A DNA stretch of 64,000 bases, from assembly GCF_009914755.1 (NCBI RefSeq), contig NC_060945.1; one strand, given 5' to 3'. The notes beneath the pieces were generated by a model. That model was given only the letters and a program-made list of their open reading frames with translations. It had not been told where the DNA came from and made no database searches. Positions 27,901 to 41,434 of this stretch are shown here, one piece after another; the stretch's first letter is position 1, and the number at the start of each line of letters is the position of its first letter. Made by a program: the position numbers and the translations under genes. The stretch comes from the human T2T-CHM13v2.0 reference genome, Homo sapiens.

Positions 27901-30882
27901 CAAATAGTGACTGACAAAGGCATGACAGAAAATATGTATTCAGTAAAAAAGCTTTATTGATGTGGACCAATTCTAGTTACTAGTTCACATTTTCATAGCA
28001 GATAACAATCCTATTCAGAATCAAGTAGCAGCCAAATATGTTAAGCAAATAAAAGACTTCATTGTTTCTTAAGCTCTTTGTAGTAAGAAGGTATAACAGT
28101 GGAATCTGTTAGTCTTGTTTTGGTTCTGGAGCTTGGATTTCCTGTGTTCCTTCTCATCTTTGTTCCAGTATTTACTTCCAAGCTCTTCTAAGCTTATGAC
28201 CTGGAATTATCAAAGTTGGTTTTCATCATTTGGGAAGTAAAACACCATTTATTTTTGAGCTTTGAGGAGTCTATAACTTTAACAAACTTCCCTAACAGTT
28301 CACAGTCTTCTCCTCTAAGCTTAACTTTAGTTTCATAATTTCGAATATGGATTTAGACCCAGCAACTATAACAAAAGGTCCATGACTTAACTATATAGTT
28401 TTTAATGTTAGGAAAAGTAAATGAAAAATCTTGCCTGTATGGGACCTCACATGATGTTGTAATAATCATGAGCTGCAAAAATTGTAGTGATTCCCTCCCA
28501 CCCCATTTTTAAAAAAGCGGTGGCATCTTTAGTTATATAACAGTTCTAATGTAAATTACCAGGTTATTTACTCCTCTAACAATGTCATCATTTTTGGTGT
28601 TGCTGTAAGCTCCTCTGCTACTTACCTTAGTTCAAACTTTTTTTTTTGTTTCCCATTTTCATTCAGCCTTTTCAAAATATATTTGTCAGTGTACCTTATC
28701 CAATAATACTTAAGGATTTTCTTAAGGCTGAGAGAAATAACTTTAGAAAATGTGACTATCAAATACAGATGTTTAAACAGTTATGATATTTAAGCCTGTA
28801 AACGGTTAAAGAAAATAACAGCTTGGTCATGGAGTTACTCTTCCAGGCTCTCCTGGCAGGTGAGTCGGGTCTTAGGACCTTGGGAAGAATGTTGTCTTAA
28901 ATTACTGTCCTGAATTAAGTTTCCACAGACTTTCTGATGTTAAGTTTTTTTCAGAATTACAGAATGATGAAAAGCCATGTCTTTATAATTTTTCTTATGG
29001 GAATCTCCACCTTAAATTTAAAATCATTTTTAAAATAAAGGCCCTTAAAGGAGAGTTAAGGGTGTAGACACAGGATACTGTTGGATCTTTGCCATCCACT
29101 TGAAAAATTGAATGTAAGGTTCACCTAATTTCAGAAGAACACTCAAACTTTGGGTATCTTAGGTGTATTGTAACAGGAACTGACTGGCTTAGGGGAGTTT
29201 GAAGCTTGGGCTTAGGGAGGTTAGCTTTCTTAGCTTAGGGAGCTCAGAAAGATGTCATAGTAGAGGAATTTCCCTGTCTTCTGAGCCATTGAATACCCTG
29301 CCCTGAAATTGAGTGAGGTGAAAGTAATTGACAGGTTGATGAAGGTGATGTTAGGCAGAAACAGTGAGGAGGCAAAGGTGGAAATTCCAAATAGCCACTA
29401 GAAATGCGAGAAGGCAGGTTTTGAGGAATGGACTGGGCTGCAGATCAGGGCACTGCTTTTATAAAAAGGCTGGCACTTGCCCATATGCACCGTTCCTGAT
29501 GTCCACTGGCCACCACTTGTGGCCAACCACACACACACACACCCTTGACTAACAGAACTATTTGTGAAATAATTGTTCTCATTAATTGAATATTATGGTT
29601 AAATGAAAATTGACCAGGAAAGTAGTTTTTGTTTGAAGACTTACTTCAAATAAATACCTTTCCAGATGTCCACATTCCTGTGTAAATTGATTATAATGAT
29701 CATTATTATCTTTTTTACTTGAGGCATCATTCTCATTTTGAACATATCTAGGTTATGTTCTTGAAGGGACAGTCTTTTATTTGTGTTTTCTTGGCACTTA
29801 ATGCATCATATGGCCCAGCTAACACTTGTAGGAAGAACATTTGTCATTTTTCAATGAAGATAAAAAATGTATGGTAGCCTTTTTTTAAAAAAAAAAATTT
29901 GAGGTGTTATTTATTGTACCCTTCTACATTGAGAATTAAAACACAACATATAATCTATTGAAACTTGAGGTAGATAAAATTCTAGCTCTTTTTCACACAT
30001 GGAACTTTATACAAAGTTATCTTCTGACTTTCTGTTAGATGAAATATTGTAGACCTGGTTCCATGATCACATGTTCACCTTAGGTTTTTAAGAGTTTTTT
30101 TTCCTTTAAATAAATTATATAATGTGATAAAGCCACAGCATCTTGTTTTCTGTATGATTTTGAAAGCAAAAATGTCAAGTAGTAACTATATCAAAACTTA
30201 AATTATGTGCATTCAGCAGAGAGCAGAAGTTATTTCCAAATTGAGGTGTAGGAAGCTTTAAAATGCTTATTCATCCTTTATCAGCACTAGTGAATGAATT
30301 GGCAATTTCCTAAGGTCAGCAAACTTTTATTTTGAATGATAACAATAGTATTATTTCTAAGAATATAGAAAAATGCAGGCGTAACACAGGAGTCCAAATT
30401 TAGTATTAAGTTAATAGAATTTTAGATTCTGGAAGGCTGGAGTGTTTTTAGGTTTGAGAAATGTTAGAAGGTGCATGATGGATGTTAGAGGACATGAAGG
30501 TGCCGTTCTTGTCTGATGTAGTTGTTACGTAGTTATTGGGTAAAAATGGATTGCTGACCACTTAGATGGTTTCCAGGATTAGGAGAAATGATTTTCAGAA
30601 CACTTCTGTAGTGCCTCATGCTAATGAAAGCAAAAGGCAAGGTGTTTTCATTACTGTAGGTCATATATATTGGCCATGTTTATAGTTGCCAGTCCTTGCT
30701 CTTTTTTGGCCTGTTGTTGCAGGTATGTCTTTGACTTCCAGAGGGATGAGCTGGCCTCTTTTTTGTCCCTCAAGTCTCTGGAAAAGCTGTCCAAGAAATT
30801 TTCTCTGAATGCTTGGCTCAGTGGCATTGTTCCACATATGTTGGAATAGGTGACTAGGCTGTGTTTGGAAGAAGATCTAGAT

Positions 30883-31171
30883 TGGGGTCCCCAACCTCCG
30901 GGTTGCACAGCAGGAGGTGAGTGGCTGTCCAGTGAGCATTACTGCTTGAGCTCCACCTCCTGTCAGATCAGCAGTAGCATTAGATTCTCACAGGAGTGTG
31001 AACCCTATGGTAAACTGTGCATGCAAGGGATATAGGTTGCGCAGTCCTTATGAGACTCTAATGCCTGATGGTCTGAAACAGTTTCATCCTAAAACCATTG
31101 CACCCGCCCATGTGGGGAAAATTTGTCTTCCATGAAACCCATCCCTGGTGCCAAAAAGTTGGAGACTGCTG
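30883..31171 (+). mobile_element. MER1B-like hAT MITE
   Basis: ggggtccccaacc ... ctcctgtcagatcagcagtagcattagattctcacagg ... ggtgccaaaaagttggagactgctg; 8-bp TSD ATCTAGAT. Confidence 0.85.
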
Positions 31172-31659
31172 ATCTAGATGATCTCTGTTTTGTTTCTGTA
31201 TTAAAAATAAGAAATTACTAATTCAGCAGCATGTACCTGTGTTGGACCAGGTCCAACAGGTATGCTTGGGTTATGGCAGGGAACAAATCAGACAAAGTTG
31301 TGACATTTAAACAGAGAACTAAAAGGTGAGGCATTAGCTGGCTGAAGAGTAGAAGTCCAGATAGTGGCCACAGTGTATGTGGAGGCCCTGAAATCAGTAG
31401 GAGCTTGGGGCCTGTGGAGCAGGAAGGAAGAGACAGTGAGGCTAGAGAATAGCAAGAAAGGGGGGCAATGGCTTGAGATAAGTCTGGATTAATGGATGGA
31501 AAACCCAACTACATAGGACTTGAGGACGTGTTAAGGATTTTGAAGTGATATGCCATTTATTTGGAAGATGACGTAGGGTTTTTGTTAGGAAGAGAATACA
31601 TTGGAGGGGGTCAAGAGGGGCTTTAGGGGTATAAGGCTTTTGTTAATATTATCACCACT

Positions 31660-31900
31660 AATAACAGCTAATATTATTTGTTGCTGTAGACCAAGCACTG
31701 TGCTGTGAACCCTTTTCCCACATCATCTCATATAAACTTCAGAACATCTCAGCGAGGTGGTGTTTTCTCTACTTTATAGATGAGGGAACCGAGACAGTGA
31801 GGTTAAGCAACTTGGCCAAGGTCATATAGCTAGTAGTGGCAGAGCTGGGATTTGAACCCAGACAGTGTAAGATTGTAAATTCTGAGACTCTAAATCCTGT
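31660..31900 (-). mobile_element. MIR SINE (among L2 fragments, 31.2-32.3 kb)
   Basis: tttatagatgagggaaccgagacagtgaggttaagcaacttggccaaggtcatatagctagtagtggcagagctgggatttgaacccag. Confidence 0.8.
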
Positions 31901-32929
31901 GGTGTTTGCCACTGGGCCTGTATTTTTCATTGCGTAGGTGATGCGCCTATGTGGGTCTTGAAATTGAGTGGATCGCAACTGGGATTTAAAAAAAAAATTG
32001 AATGGAGTAGAAAGTATCAGACTACTTGCAAGTAATAAGCATAAATATTGATATGTGAAACTTTATTTTATGTAAGTAAACTTGTACATTTGTGAGCTTG
32101 TGAGCTGTTATAGAAGGTTAAACAGCATTTTTCCAGGCAGGAGCTGATGATGGCTTGGATTAGAGTTGTGCTGATGCCGATGGAGAGAGGTGGACCCCAG
32201 TGCTAAGAGGCAGAGGCAGCAGGACTCAGTAAGAGATTGGATAGAGGTGCCCAGCTGAGGAAGGAATGAGGAGTGAGTCCCAGATTTCTTGTATGAACAG
32301 CATCAGTCATGGTGCATGCTGTGCTCAATCCACTTGAAGGGAGACTGATCCTTCTTAGAGGGGTCCTCCTGGATGGCTGTTTTACTACCTGAATTTCTAG
32401 TTTCTCTCAGCTGCAGCTGACAGGACTTGGGGTTGGCATCTCGCCCAGGGGCAGCAAATCTGTAAGCTAGCTCTCAACCCATGAGATGATGTGTTACTGA
32501 AAACTGCCTAAACAGATGTTGAGCCAATAATTAATTCTCTGGAATTTGAGGTGAGTAGTCAGCCAGCTGGTGGCAGGATGAGAAGCGGTGGGCCACAGAT
32601 GTATGTAGTTGACTACTAGCAGCTCTAGGGTGAAGGTGTAGGAATTATTTGTGTGGAGTCACCTTGAGATTCAAAGAACCTTTAGATTTCCGTTTCTAAG
32701 GCCCAGAGTCATTCTCTTTCTGAAGCTCAGGTCCAATTTTTTTTTTCTTGCTCTCTCTGCGGTCCATATCTGTATTCTCAAGCATAACCTTTTAGTCATA
32801 TCCAGCTCCCCACATTGCTGCAGTGAATCTCCATACTGTGCGTTCAGCTAGTACTAACTGGAGACAGAATGATGGAGTAGTTAAAAAAAATGTCTGGTGG
32901 CAATTCCCCATCTTTGTCTTATTGGTCTT

Positions 32930-33085
32930 TTGATGTTGGCCAAGATACTTCTTACTGAGCCTTGGTTTCCACATCTGTAAAATTGGGATGATAGAGGAGC
33001 ATCACAGGGCTGTTTTGAGGCATAAACGAGAGAAACTCTATCTAGCACTTAGCTCAGTGCCTGGTGAAGAATTACAGCTTAATAA
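32930..33085 (+). mobile_element. MIR SINE remnant
   Basis: ctgagccttggtttccacatctgtaaaattgggatgata ... gcacttagctcagtgcctgg. Confidence 0.65.
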
Positions 33086-35123
33086 TCTTGCCATTGATAG
33101 TTAACATCTTTAGGATAGTCTCTGGAGAGACTTAAACGTGTTCATTAACAAACATTATGGGAAGGAGCCAGCATAGAGGGAGAGGTTGGATATCTATGAG
33201 ACAGGGTCTTAAGAGAAGGTATTGGATCCCAGAGAAGCAGGCATGGCACGGGATTAAGAGAATACATTACAGATTGTTTTCAACAGAAGAGGGAACCTGA
33301 TGGAGGTGGTAGGAGGACTGTTTTTTCTGAGGTTGGGTCCCAGTCATGGTGATTTGCTAGGAGAGATGCTGATATCAGGAGGAGAAAAGTGGCAAGGTGG
33401 AAAGCTATTATAGAGAACAGGAGACAGGGACATACCAGAAAACTGGTGAACAGTACCAAGAGCCTGCGACTGCACATTGTAAATTTATAATGACACCAGT
33501 CTGTGTATTTCTACAGTGTTTTCTGGCAGTGCTGTGTTCAAAAGAATGATGAGCTATAGAAGTAAGATTAGTATAGTTTTGAAGGGTGTGCATCCTAGAT
33601 ACCAGGAAAGAATAAGGAGGCTGGGAGCGTGGGTACAGGGACATAGTAGGGCAGGTGGTCAGCCATGGAGTCCGGCTTGGTTGGGAGGGCAGTGTGCTCT
33701 GGGCAGGGTATAGTCTTGAAGAAAGAAGAGGGCAGTGGTCTGTGTGTGGTGCCACCCACAAAAGATATATAACTTCTTTGATTGATGGTTTTCCCTGTTA
33801 TTCTTAACACTAATTTCTTGTGTTGATAACTGAAGTATTAAGACTAATTGCTAAAAATAAATTTATATTCTCGTATGGGCCAAAACTGGAGTTAGTTCTA
33901 GTGTTTAATTTTGAAGTTACCAGTGATTTCGTGTGGTATGCTGAATCAGTAAATAAGTTGTGATCCTTAACCTTGGGACTGAACTTCAGTAGTCCTTATT
34001 TCTCCTTTCATTTTTGTTTGGAGTGTGTAGCAAATCTGAAAGCAGTACCATTTACTCATTCACTGACCATTTGAAGGCTTCCCATGTGTCAGGAGAACAG
34101 AAGTGAATGACGCAGGGATGATACCGTGAGGCATCACACGGATAAAGGCCAATAAGCTCCTCACAGTATCATCCTTTCCGGCCGTAGGGTGCTGGAAGAC
34201 AATATTAGAACTTCTCTTTTAACCTGTTACTTTGAACTTCTGTGTTTCTCAGAACATATATATCAGAATAGTAGCACATGTCTGAAAAATATAGATAAGC
34301 ATACACGTATTGGGGGTATTCTTGTTTTTGGCAGTAGTGTGTATGTGATCAAAAAATATTTGGAGGCTATTATATGTTAGTATGTATTTTAAAAAAATAT
34401 AAAATTATAACTTTTTCTTAGCATTTTGAGAAAACCTAGTTTCTGCATGTAATTAATGAGGTAGTTTTACTTGCCTGTATTTGTAGTGTGAAGTAAATCT
34501 TACTGTATAAAAAGACTTACTACCAAGATCTGGCTTGACACATTTCAGTCATTTTCTTCTTGGTGCTGGAGGAACTTTACCTTTTGTAGAACAGTGTCCC
34601 TTGTTATAAAACACTAAATTCACTTGCCATCTATCAGATGTTGAGGAATGGGGTGTGGAGAATGTGGAACAGCACATGCCTGTTTTACTATCAGTCTCAT
34701 CCCAAGGTGTGACCTCTGGGGACCTTCCTTCTTACCTCTCTGGCTGTCTCTCCTGCCTTCTCTCTCTCTCTCAACTGTCTCAAAACAATAGGATTGGGAT
34801 GCCACCAGAAATTCCCTGCTCCCATCTGTTTGCTCAGAGTAGGTGGTTACTCAGTGTGTAATGTCTCACTTTCAGAGAGCCATGAAATCCTTGGTTCAAA
34901 AAGTTCCCTCACACCAAGAATCTTTTCCGTAAAATTAGTTAGAAAAACTGCTATCAAGAACCTATTTTAAATGAAGTATATTGAATAAATGCCTCTAGGT
35001 TGTTCCTCTGGAGGTTTTTTATTTTCATTTTTGTTTTAATGAGTATGTATCTTAGCCTGTATTTGACACTGTCATTTTTTAACAAGATGTTATTTAAGTG
35101 AAATCTTGCATGTGTGTTTGCAG

Positions 35124-35183
35124 GTTGATGATAATTAGAAGCATGCTTTCCACTGAACTTCCCGACAACATTTGTTATGCAGA
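35124..35183 (+). other. BACH1: BACH1 exon 2, 5'UTR part (60 nt)
   Basis: Acceptor tgtgtttgcag|G at 35123/35124. Confidence 0.9.
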
Positions 35184-35417
35184 ATGTCTCTGAGTGAGAA
35201 CTCGGTTTTTGCCTATGAATCTTCTGTGCATAGCACCAATGTTTTACTCAGCCTTAATGACCAGCGGAAGAAAGATGTGCTGTGCGATGTCACCATCTTT
35301 GTGGAGGGACAGCGGTTCCGCGCTCACCGGTCCGTGCTGGCGGCATGCAGCAGTTACTTCCACTCAAGAATCGTAGGCCAGGCTGATGGAGAGCTGAACA
35401 TTACTCTTCCAGAAGAG
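35184..35417 (+). CDS. BACH1: BACH1 exon 2 coding part (aa 1-78, N-terminal half of BTB/POZ domain)
   Basis: [62 protein letters not shown]...; donor GAG|GTGAGA. Confidence 0.98.
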
Positions 35418-35785
35418 GTGAGAGATCCATGTTTTTGGCAATTTTAATCTACTTTTACTTAAGTTTTTTATGGTTCATAATGTTGAAAATAAAGCACAGT
35501 CTCCTTGTCAGGTGGCTATGGAGCATTTCCCAGGTTCTGTGCAACCCCTTTTTTTTTTTTTTTTAGTTTTTTTAATGTAAAATCATTAATTTTGAATGTT
35601 GGTTAACATTACTGAGCAGTTGGATATAACATAACACCCACTGTTATGTTATTTTTGATGAAATGACCAAATCAGGACACGCCCAGTGGATTGTAGGCAA
35701 TTGGAAAAGTCATGGTTTTGAGAGTCTGTGCTGTGTGACATTCTCTTCTAGGGGCCCTTTCCAGTGATCAGCAATTGTAGCTATG

Positions 35786-36146
35786 TGTGTTAGTCTGTTC
35801 TCGTGGCGCTAATAAAGACATACCTGAAACTGGGTAATTTTTAAAGGAAAGAAGTTTAATCGGCTCACAGTTGCACATGGCTGGGGAGACCTCACAATCA
35901 TGGTGGAAGACGAAGGAAAAGCAAAGGGACTTACGTGGTGGTGGGCAAGAGAGAACTTGTGCAGTGAAGCTCCCCCTTATAAAACCATCACATCTCGTGA
36001 GACTTATTCACTATCACCAGAATAGCACTGGAAAGACCCGCCCCTGTGATTCAGTGACCTCCCATTGGGTCCCTCCCATGACGTGGCAATTGTGGGAGCT
36101 ACAATTCAAGATAAGATTTGGGTGGGGACACAGCCAAACCATATCA
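35786..36146 (-). mobile_element. THE1-type MaLR solo LTR
   Basis: tgtgttagtctgttctc...gctaataaagacatacc ... ggggacacagccaaaccatatca; TSD ctatg/ctagg. Confidence 0.9.
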
Positions 36147-37076
36147 CTAGGTTTAGGGTTCTGTAAAACGTCCGTTTTCCCAAGACATCTCCTATGAAAA
36201 GGAGGCACTCCATGAGTGTTCTGTCTCCCCTTCTTTCTTGACTTAGTCTTTATGTATTGATTAGAAAAAATAAACAGTGTTGCGTCATTTTTATATAGCC
36301 TTATTTTTACATACATCTTTTTCTCTGGTCTGTTGTGGAGCTCAGGCTAACAAATATTTGGGTCCTTGTTAATGTCCTGCCTTTCAGAGGAATTCTCTTT
36401 TGGGTGGGGATGTGCTGGCTGTGCTGACTCCTAGCAGCATCCCTTGCTTTAGTTAGTAACTGCTACTAGCAGAGTATCAAGGCTGTGGCATTGGGACACA
36501 AATAGAAGTTAGGAGGAATATGGAGAAAGAATGTAGAAATCATTTGAGTATGACAGGTCTATGTGGGATATTCCCAGTTGGATACGGTTGGATAAACTGT
36601 AAACTAAGTCTACAGTTTAGCTTGTTGCTGTCCATGCCTACTTCTGTGAAACTGCAGCTACGGTTTTGGGAACAGGTTGTCTGTTAGTTTTGTAGCAGAG
36701 GTCAGAGTCAATGGTGCAATATCAAGAAAATGGTAAAAAAGGCCAACCTATGAACTAGCCATTGTTTTAAAAAAAGAACAACACATTTTATAATGGAGAT
36801 GTATTAACTATGGTTCATATTTTCAAATTATTGAATGAGACTTTACAAGTAAAGCAAAGTTTGATTCGTGGATTTAGGAGGAAAGGTATGTGCATACATG
36901 CATGTGTGTATGCATTCATTCATTCTTTCTAATTTAATGTGTAAATCATAAGTTTTCAAATATTTGAAGTGTTTCATTATAGTGACAGTGTCAAAATACC
37001 TTATAACTCACTATCCTAAAGACCTTTTTAGATTATTTTAACATATTTAAAAATTTTAATTGAAATTTTTATCGAG

Positions 37077-37632
37077 TGTATTAGGGTTCTCCAGAGGGAC
37101 AGAACTAATAGGATATATGTATGTATGAAGGGGCGTTTGTTAAGGAGAATTGGCTCACATGTTCACAAGGTGAAGGCCCATTATAGGCCACCTGCAAGCT
37201 GAGGAGGAAGGAAGCTAGTAGTGGCCCAGTCCGAGTCCAAAGGCCTCAAAAGTAGGGAAGCCAACACTGTAGAGCCTTCAGTCTGTGGCCAAAGGCCCAA
37301 GAGCCCTCGGCAAACCGCTGGTGTAAGTCTGAGAGTCCAAAGGCCAAAGAACCTGGCGTCTGATGTCAAGGGCAGGAGGCATCCAGCAGGGGAGAAAGAT
37401 GAAAGCTGGAAGACTCAGCAAGTCACCTATCCCACCTTTTTCCTCCTGTTTTGTTCCAGCCTCGCTGGCAGCTGAGTGGATGGTGCCCACCCATATTGAG
37501 GGTGGGTCTTCCTCTCCCAGTCCACTGACTCAAATGTTAGTCTTCTCTAGCAACGCCCTCACTGACACACCCAGAAACAAGACTTTACAGCCTTCAATCC
37601 AATCAAGTTGACATTTAATATTAACTGTCACA
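37077..37632 (-). mobile_element. MLT2A-type (HERVL) solo LTR
   Basis: tgtattagggttctccagagggacagaactaatagga ... ttcaatccaatcaagttgacatttaatattaactgtcaca. Confidence 0.85.
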
Positions 37633-37877
37633 CTGATGTTTTCATGTACAGATGTAAGAAACAATGCAGAGTTCCTTTTCACTTTGTCCAGTGTCCGCCA
37701 TTGATAACATTTTGCAAAATTGTAGTATAGTATTACAACCAGGATATTGATACAATCTCCCATAGCGTTCAGATTGCCACAATTTTGCTTGTACTAGCAT
37801 GTGTGTGTGCGGGTTAAGTTCTATATAATTTTATCCCCTGCGAAGGTTTGTGTATCCACCACCATAGTTAAGATAAC

Positions 37878-38160
37878 AGCCGGGCCCAGTGGCTCATGCC
37901 TGTAATCCCAGCACTTTGGGAGGGCGAGGCAGGCAGATCACCTGAGGTCAGGAGTTCGAGACCAGCCTGGCCAACATGGTGAAACCACATCTCTACTAAA
38001 AATACAAAAATTAGCCAGGCGTGGTGGCGGGCACCTGTAATCCCAGCTACTCGGGAGACTGAGGCAGGAGAATCACTTGCAGTGAGCCAAGATCGTGCCG
38101 CTGCACTCTAGCCTGGGTGACAGAGAGAGACTCTGCCTCAAAAAAAAAAAAAAAAAAAAA
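37878..38160 (+). mobile_element. Alu (S-type; short deletion in right arm)
   Basis: Dimeric Alu with long poly-A. Confidence 0.95.
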
Positions 38161-38464
38161 GGAACTGAACTTGCCAACACAAAGATCCCTTGTGTTGTCC
38201 TTTTATAACCACAGACATCTCCTGCCTACACTCCATGCCCTCATCCCCTTGCCCCCTTCCTCCGTGCCTAATCCATGGCAACCACTAATCTTTCTTCCTT
38301 TTCTAAAGTTTTGTCATTCTAAAAATGTTATATAAATGGAATTATGCAGTATATTACCTCTTAGGATTGATGTTGTTTGACTTAGCTGAGATTATCCAGC
38401 TTGTGTGTATCAGCAATTTATTCCTTTTTATTGCTGAGTAATATTCTGTAGTATGGATGTACCT

Positions 38465-38491
38465 TGTGTGTGTGTGTGTGTGTGTGTGTGT
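38465..38491. repeat. (TG)n microsatellite
   Basis: Directly visible. Confidence 0.95.
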
Positions 38492-38836
38492 AGCTTTTTA
38501 CCTATTGAAGGAAATCAGGCTAATTCTGGTTTTTGGCTATCACAAATAAAATTGCTGTAAACATTTGTGTACTGGTTTTTGTGTGAACATAAATTTGCAT
38601 TTCTCTGGGATAAAAGACCAGGAGTGCAGTTGCTGGGTTATATGGTAGTTGCATGTTTAGTTTTATAAGAAAGTTTTTTTCAAAGTGTCTGTACCATTTT
38701 ACATTCCCACTAGCAATATGTGAGTGATTTAGTTTATCGGCATTCTCATTAGCATTTGATGGTATCACTGCTTTTTATTGGAGCCTTTAAAAAGCCTAAA
38801 CATGGTTTAGCATGTTTATGTTTTTAAGAAGATCAC

Positions 38837-39200
<364 letters not shown>

Positions 39201-39948
39201 TTAATCCAGGATGATGCCTTCTGTGTACTGGAGTTGGTTCCATTTGCCTCTCACTTTAAGAGGCAGGTTTAATGTAAATGTGCAAGTTTCTACTTAAAAG
39301 TTTTGTTACTTCGAGTCCATGAATTTTTGCTGAAACAGTACCGAGGCATGATTTTTATAACTTCTCTTAGATCACTTTTAAAAATCTGAATCTTTAAAAC
39401 TTTTACTGTTAGGAATTTTTGACAGTAAAGTTAATAGTTACCAGTTAGTATGCATTTACCATGGATCAAGACTTTGTAACTGCTTTACAAATACTGTTTT
39501 ATATCCTTTAAAATTCTGCTTTTGTAGCTTGTAGCAGTTGGAGTTGTTTGGAATACAGTGGCCATGTGGAGCTGGGCTAGCAGTAGACTCACTATGTGTG
39601 GCAGGTAGTGTTCATCCTGCTCTAATTCATAGATGATTTTTTTTTTCACTATCATGGGAAAATTGTGGTAATGTCTTACATCTTTAACTTATGTGAGTAA
39701 ACCATAATTCATGTGCAATTAAGAGAGGACTCTATAAAATAGTGTGTGGTCCCTGTGAAAAGCATGCTTTTCCAGGATCTTTTTCTTTTACATTTCTTAG
39801 AAGAATATGTTTTCTTCAAATTAAAGTACATATTTTATAATTATCACAAATAAGTTACATATCTCTCTATTCCTCTTCTACTTATTTTGTTTTTATGTAC
39901 TAGACAGCTTTCAAATGATGTGTTTGTTTTTATTTTGTGTATCAACAG

Positions 39949-41283
39949 GTGACAGTTAAAGGATTTGAACCTTTAATTCAGTTTGCCTACACTGCTAAAC
40001 TGATTTTAAGTAAAGAGAATGTGGATGAAGTGTGCAAATGTGTGGAGTTTTTAAGTGTACATAATATTGAGGAATCCTGCTTTCAGTTTCTGAAATTTAA
40101 GTTTTTGGACTCCACTGCAGACCAGCAAGAATGCCCAAGAAAAAAATGCTTTTCATCACACTGTCAGAAAACAGACCTTAAACTTTCACTTTTGGACCAG
40201 AGGGATCTAGAAACTGATGAAGTGGAGGAATTTCTGGAAAATAAAAATGTTCAGACTCCTCAGTGTAAACTCCGCAGGTATCAAGGAAATGCAAAAGCCT
40301 CACCTCCTCTACAAGACAGTGCCAGTCAGACATATGAGTCCATGTGCTTAGAGAAGGATGCTGCTCTGGCCTTGCCTTCTTTATGCCCCAAATACAGAAA
40401 ATTCCAAAAAGCATTTGGAACTGACAGAGTCCGTACTGGGGAATCTAGTGTCAAAGACATTCATGCTTCTGTTCAGCCAAATGAAAGGTCTGAAAATGAA
40501 TGCCTGGGAGGAGTCCCGGAGTGTAGAGATTTGCAGGTGATGTTAAAATGTGACGAAAGTAAATTAGCAATGGAACCTGAAGAAACGAAGAAAGATCCTG
40601 CTTCTCAGTGCCCAACTGAAAAATCAGAAGTGACTCCTTTCCCCCACAATTCTTCCATAGACCCTCATGGACTTTATTCTTTGTCTCTTTTACACACATA
40701 TGACCAATATGGTGACTTGAATTTTGCTGGTATGCAAAACACAACAGTGTTAACAGAAAAGCCTTTGTCAGGTACAGACGTCCAAGAAAAAACATTTGGT
40801 GAAAGTCAGGATTTACCTTTGAAATCCGACTTGGGCACCAGGGAAGATAGTAGTGTTGCATCTAGTGATAGGAGTAGTGTGGAGCGAGAAGTGGCAGAAC
40901 ACCTAGCAAAAGGCTTCTGGAGTGACATTTGCAGCACGGACACTCCTTGCCAAATGCAGTTATCACCTGCTGTGGCCAAAGATGGCTCAGAACAGATCTC
41001 ACAGAAACGGTCTGAGTGTCCGTGGTTAGGTATCAGGATTAGTGAGAGCCCAGAACCAGGTCAAAGGACTTTCACAACATTAAGTTCTGTCAACTGCCCT
41101 TTTATAAGTACTCTGAGTACTGAAGGCTGTTCAAGCAATTTGGAAATTGGAAACGATGATTATGTTTCAGAACCCCAGCAAGAACCTTGCCCATATGCTT
41201 GTGTCATTAGCTTGGGAGACGACTCTGAGACGGACACCGAAGGAGACAGTGAATCCTGTTCAGCCAGAGAACAAGAATGTGAG
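39949..41283 (+). CDS. BACH1: BACH1 exon 3 (aa 79-523; rest of BTB, linker with Cys-Pro motifs C140, C224, C299, C435, C461, C492)
   Basis: Acceptor atcaacag|GTG, 1335-nt open frame VTVKGFEPLIQFAYTAKL...EQECE, donor GAG|GTGAGC. Confidence 0.98.
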
Positions 41284-41434
41284 GTGAGCAGGAATATGTT
41301 CTTAATTCATTGTTTTAATAACCATTAATTGGGATTTACTGTGGATCAGCTCCCTTTGCATCATTAGGGATATAATCAGGTTCAGGGAGTGGGGAGGAAA
41401 CTCATACAAAATTAATTGTAAGACTGTGTGATAG

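Larger units (their letters stand above)
37633..38775 (-). mobile_element. Old L1 (L1M) remnant interrupted by an Alu and (TG)n
   Basis: atccatggcaaccactaatc, ggagtgcagttgctgggttatatggtagttgcatg, gtaccattttacattcccactagcaat. Confidence 0.7.

Noticed and set aside
35172-35183. Apparent N-terminal extension MLCR from the ORF track
   Set aside because: It starts at TTG; the ATG at 35184 gives the 736-aa protein. ORF-track overhangs at the other exons are intronic read-through.
35871-37763. 62-108 aa ORFs in intron 2
   Set aside because: They lie in THE1 and MLT2A solo LTRs; no gag/pol/env similarity seen.
40178-40861. Antisense and alternative-frame ORFs within exon 3 (60-136 aa)
   Set aside because: Shadow ORFs of the real coding exon; no independent promoter or splice support seen.
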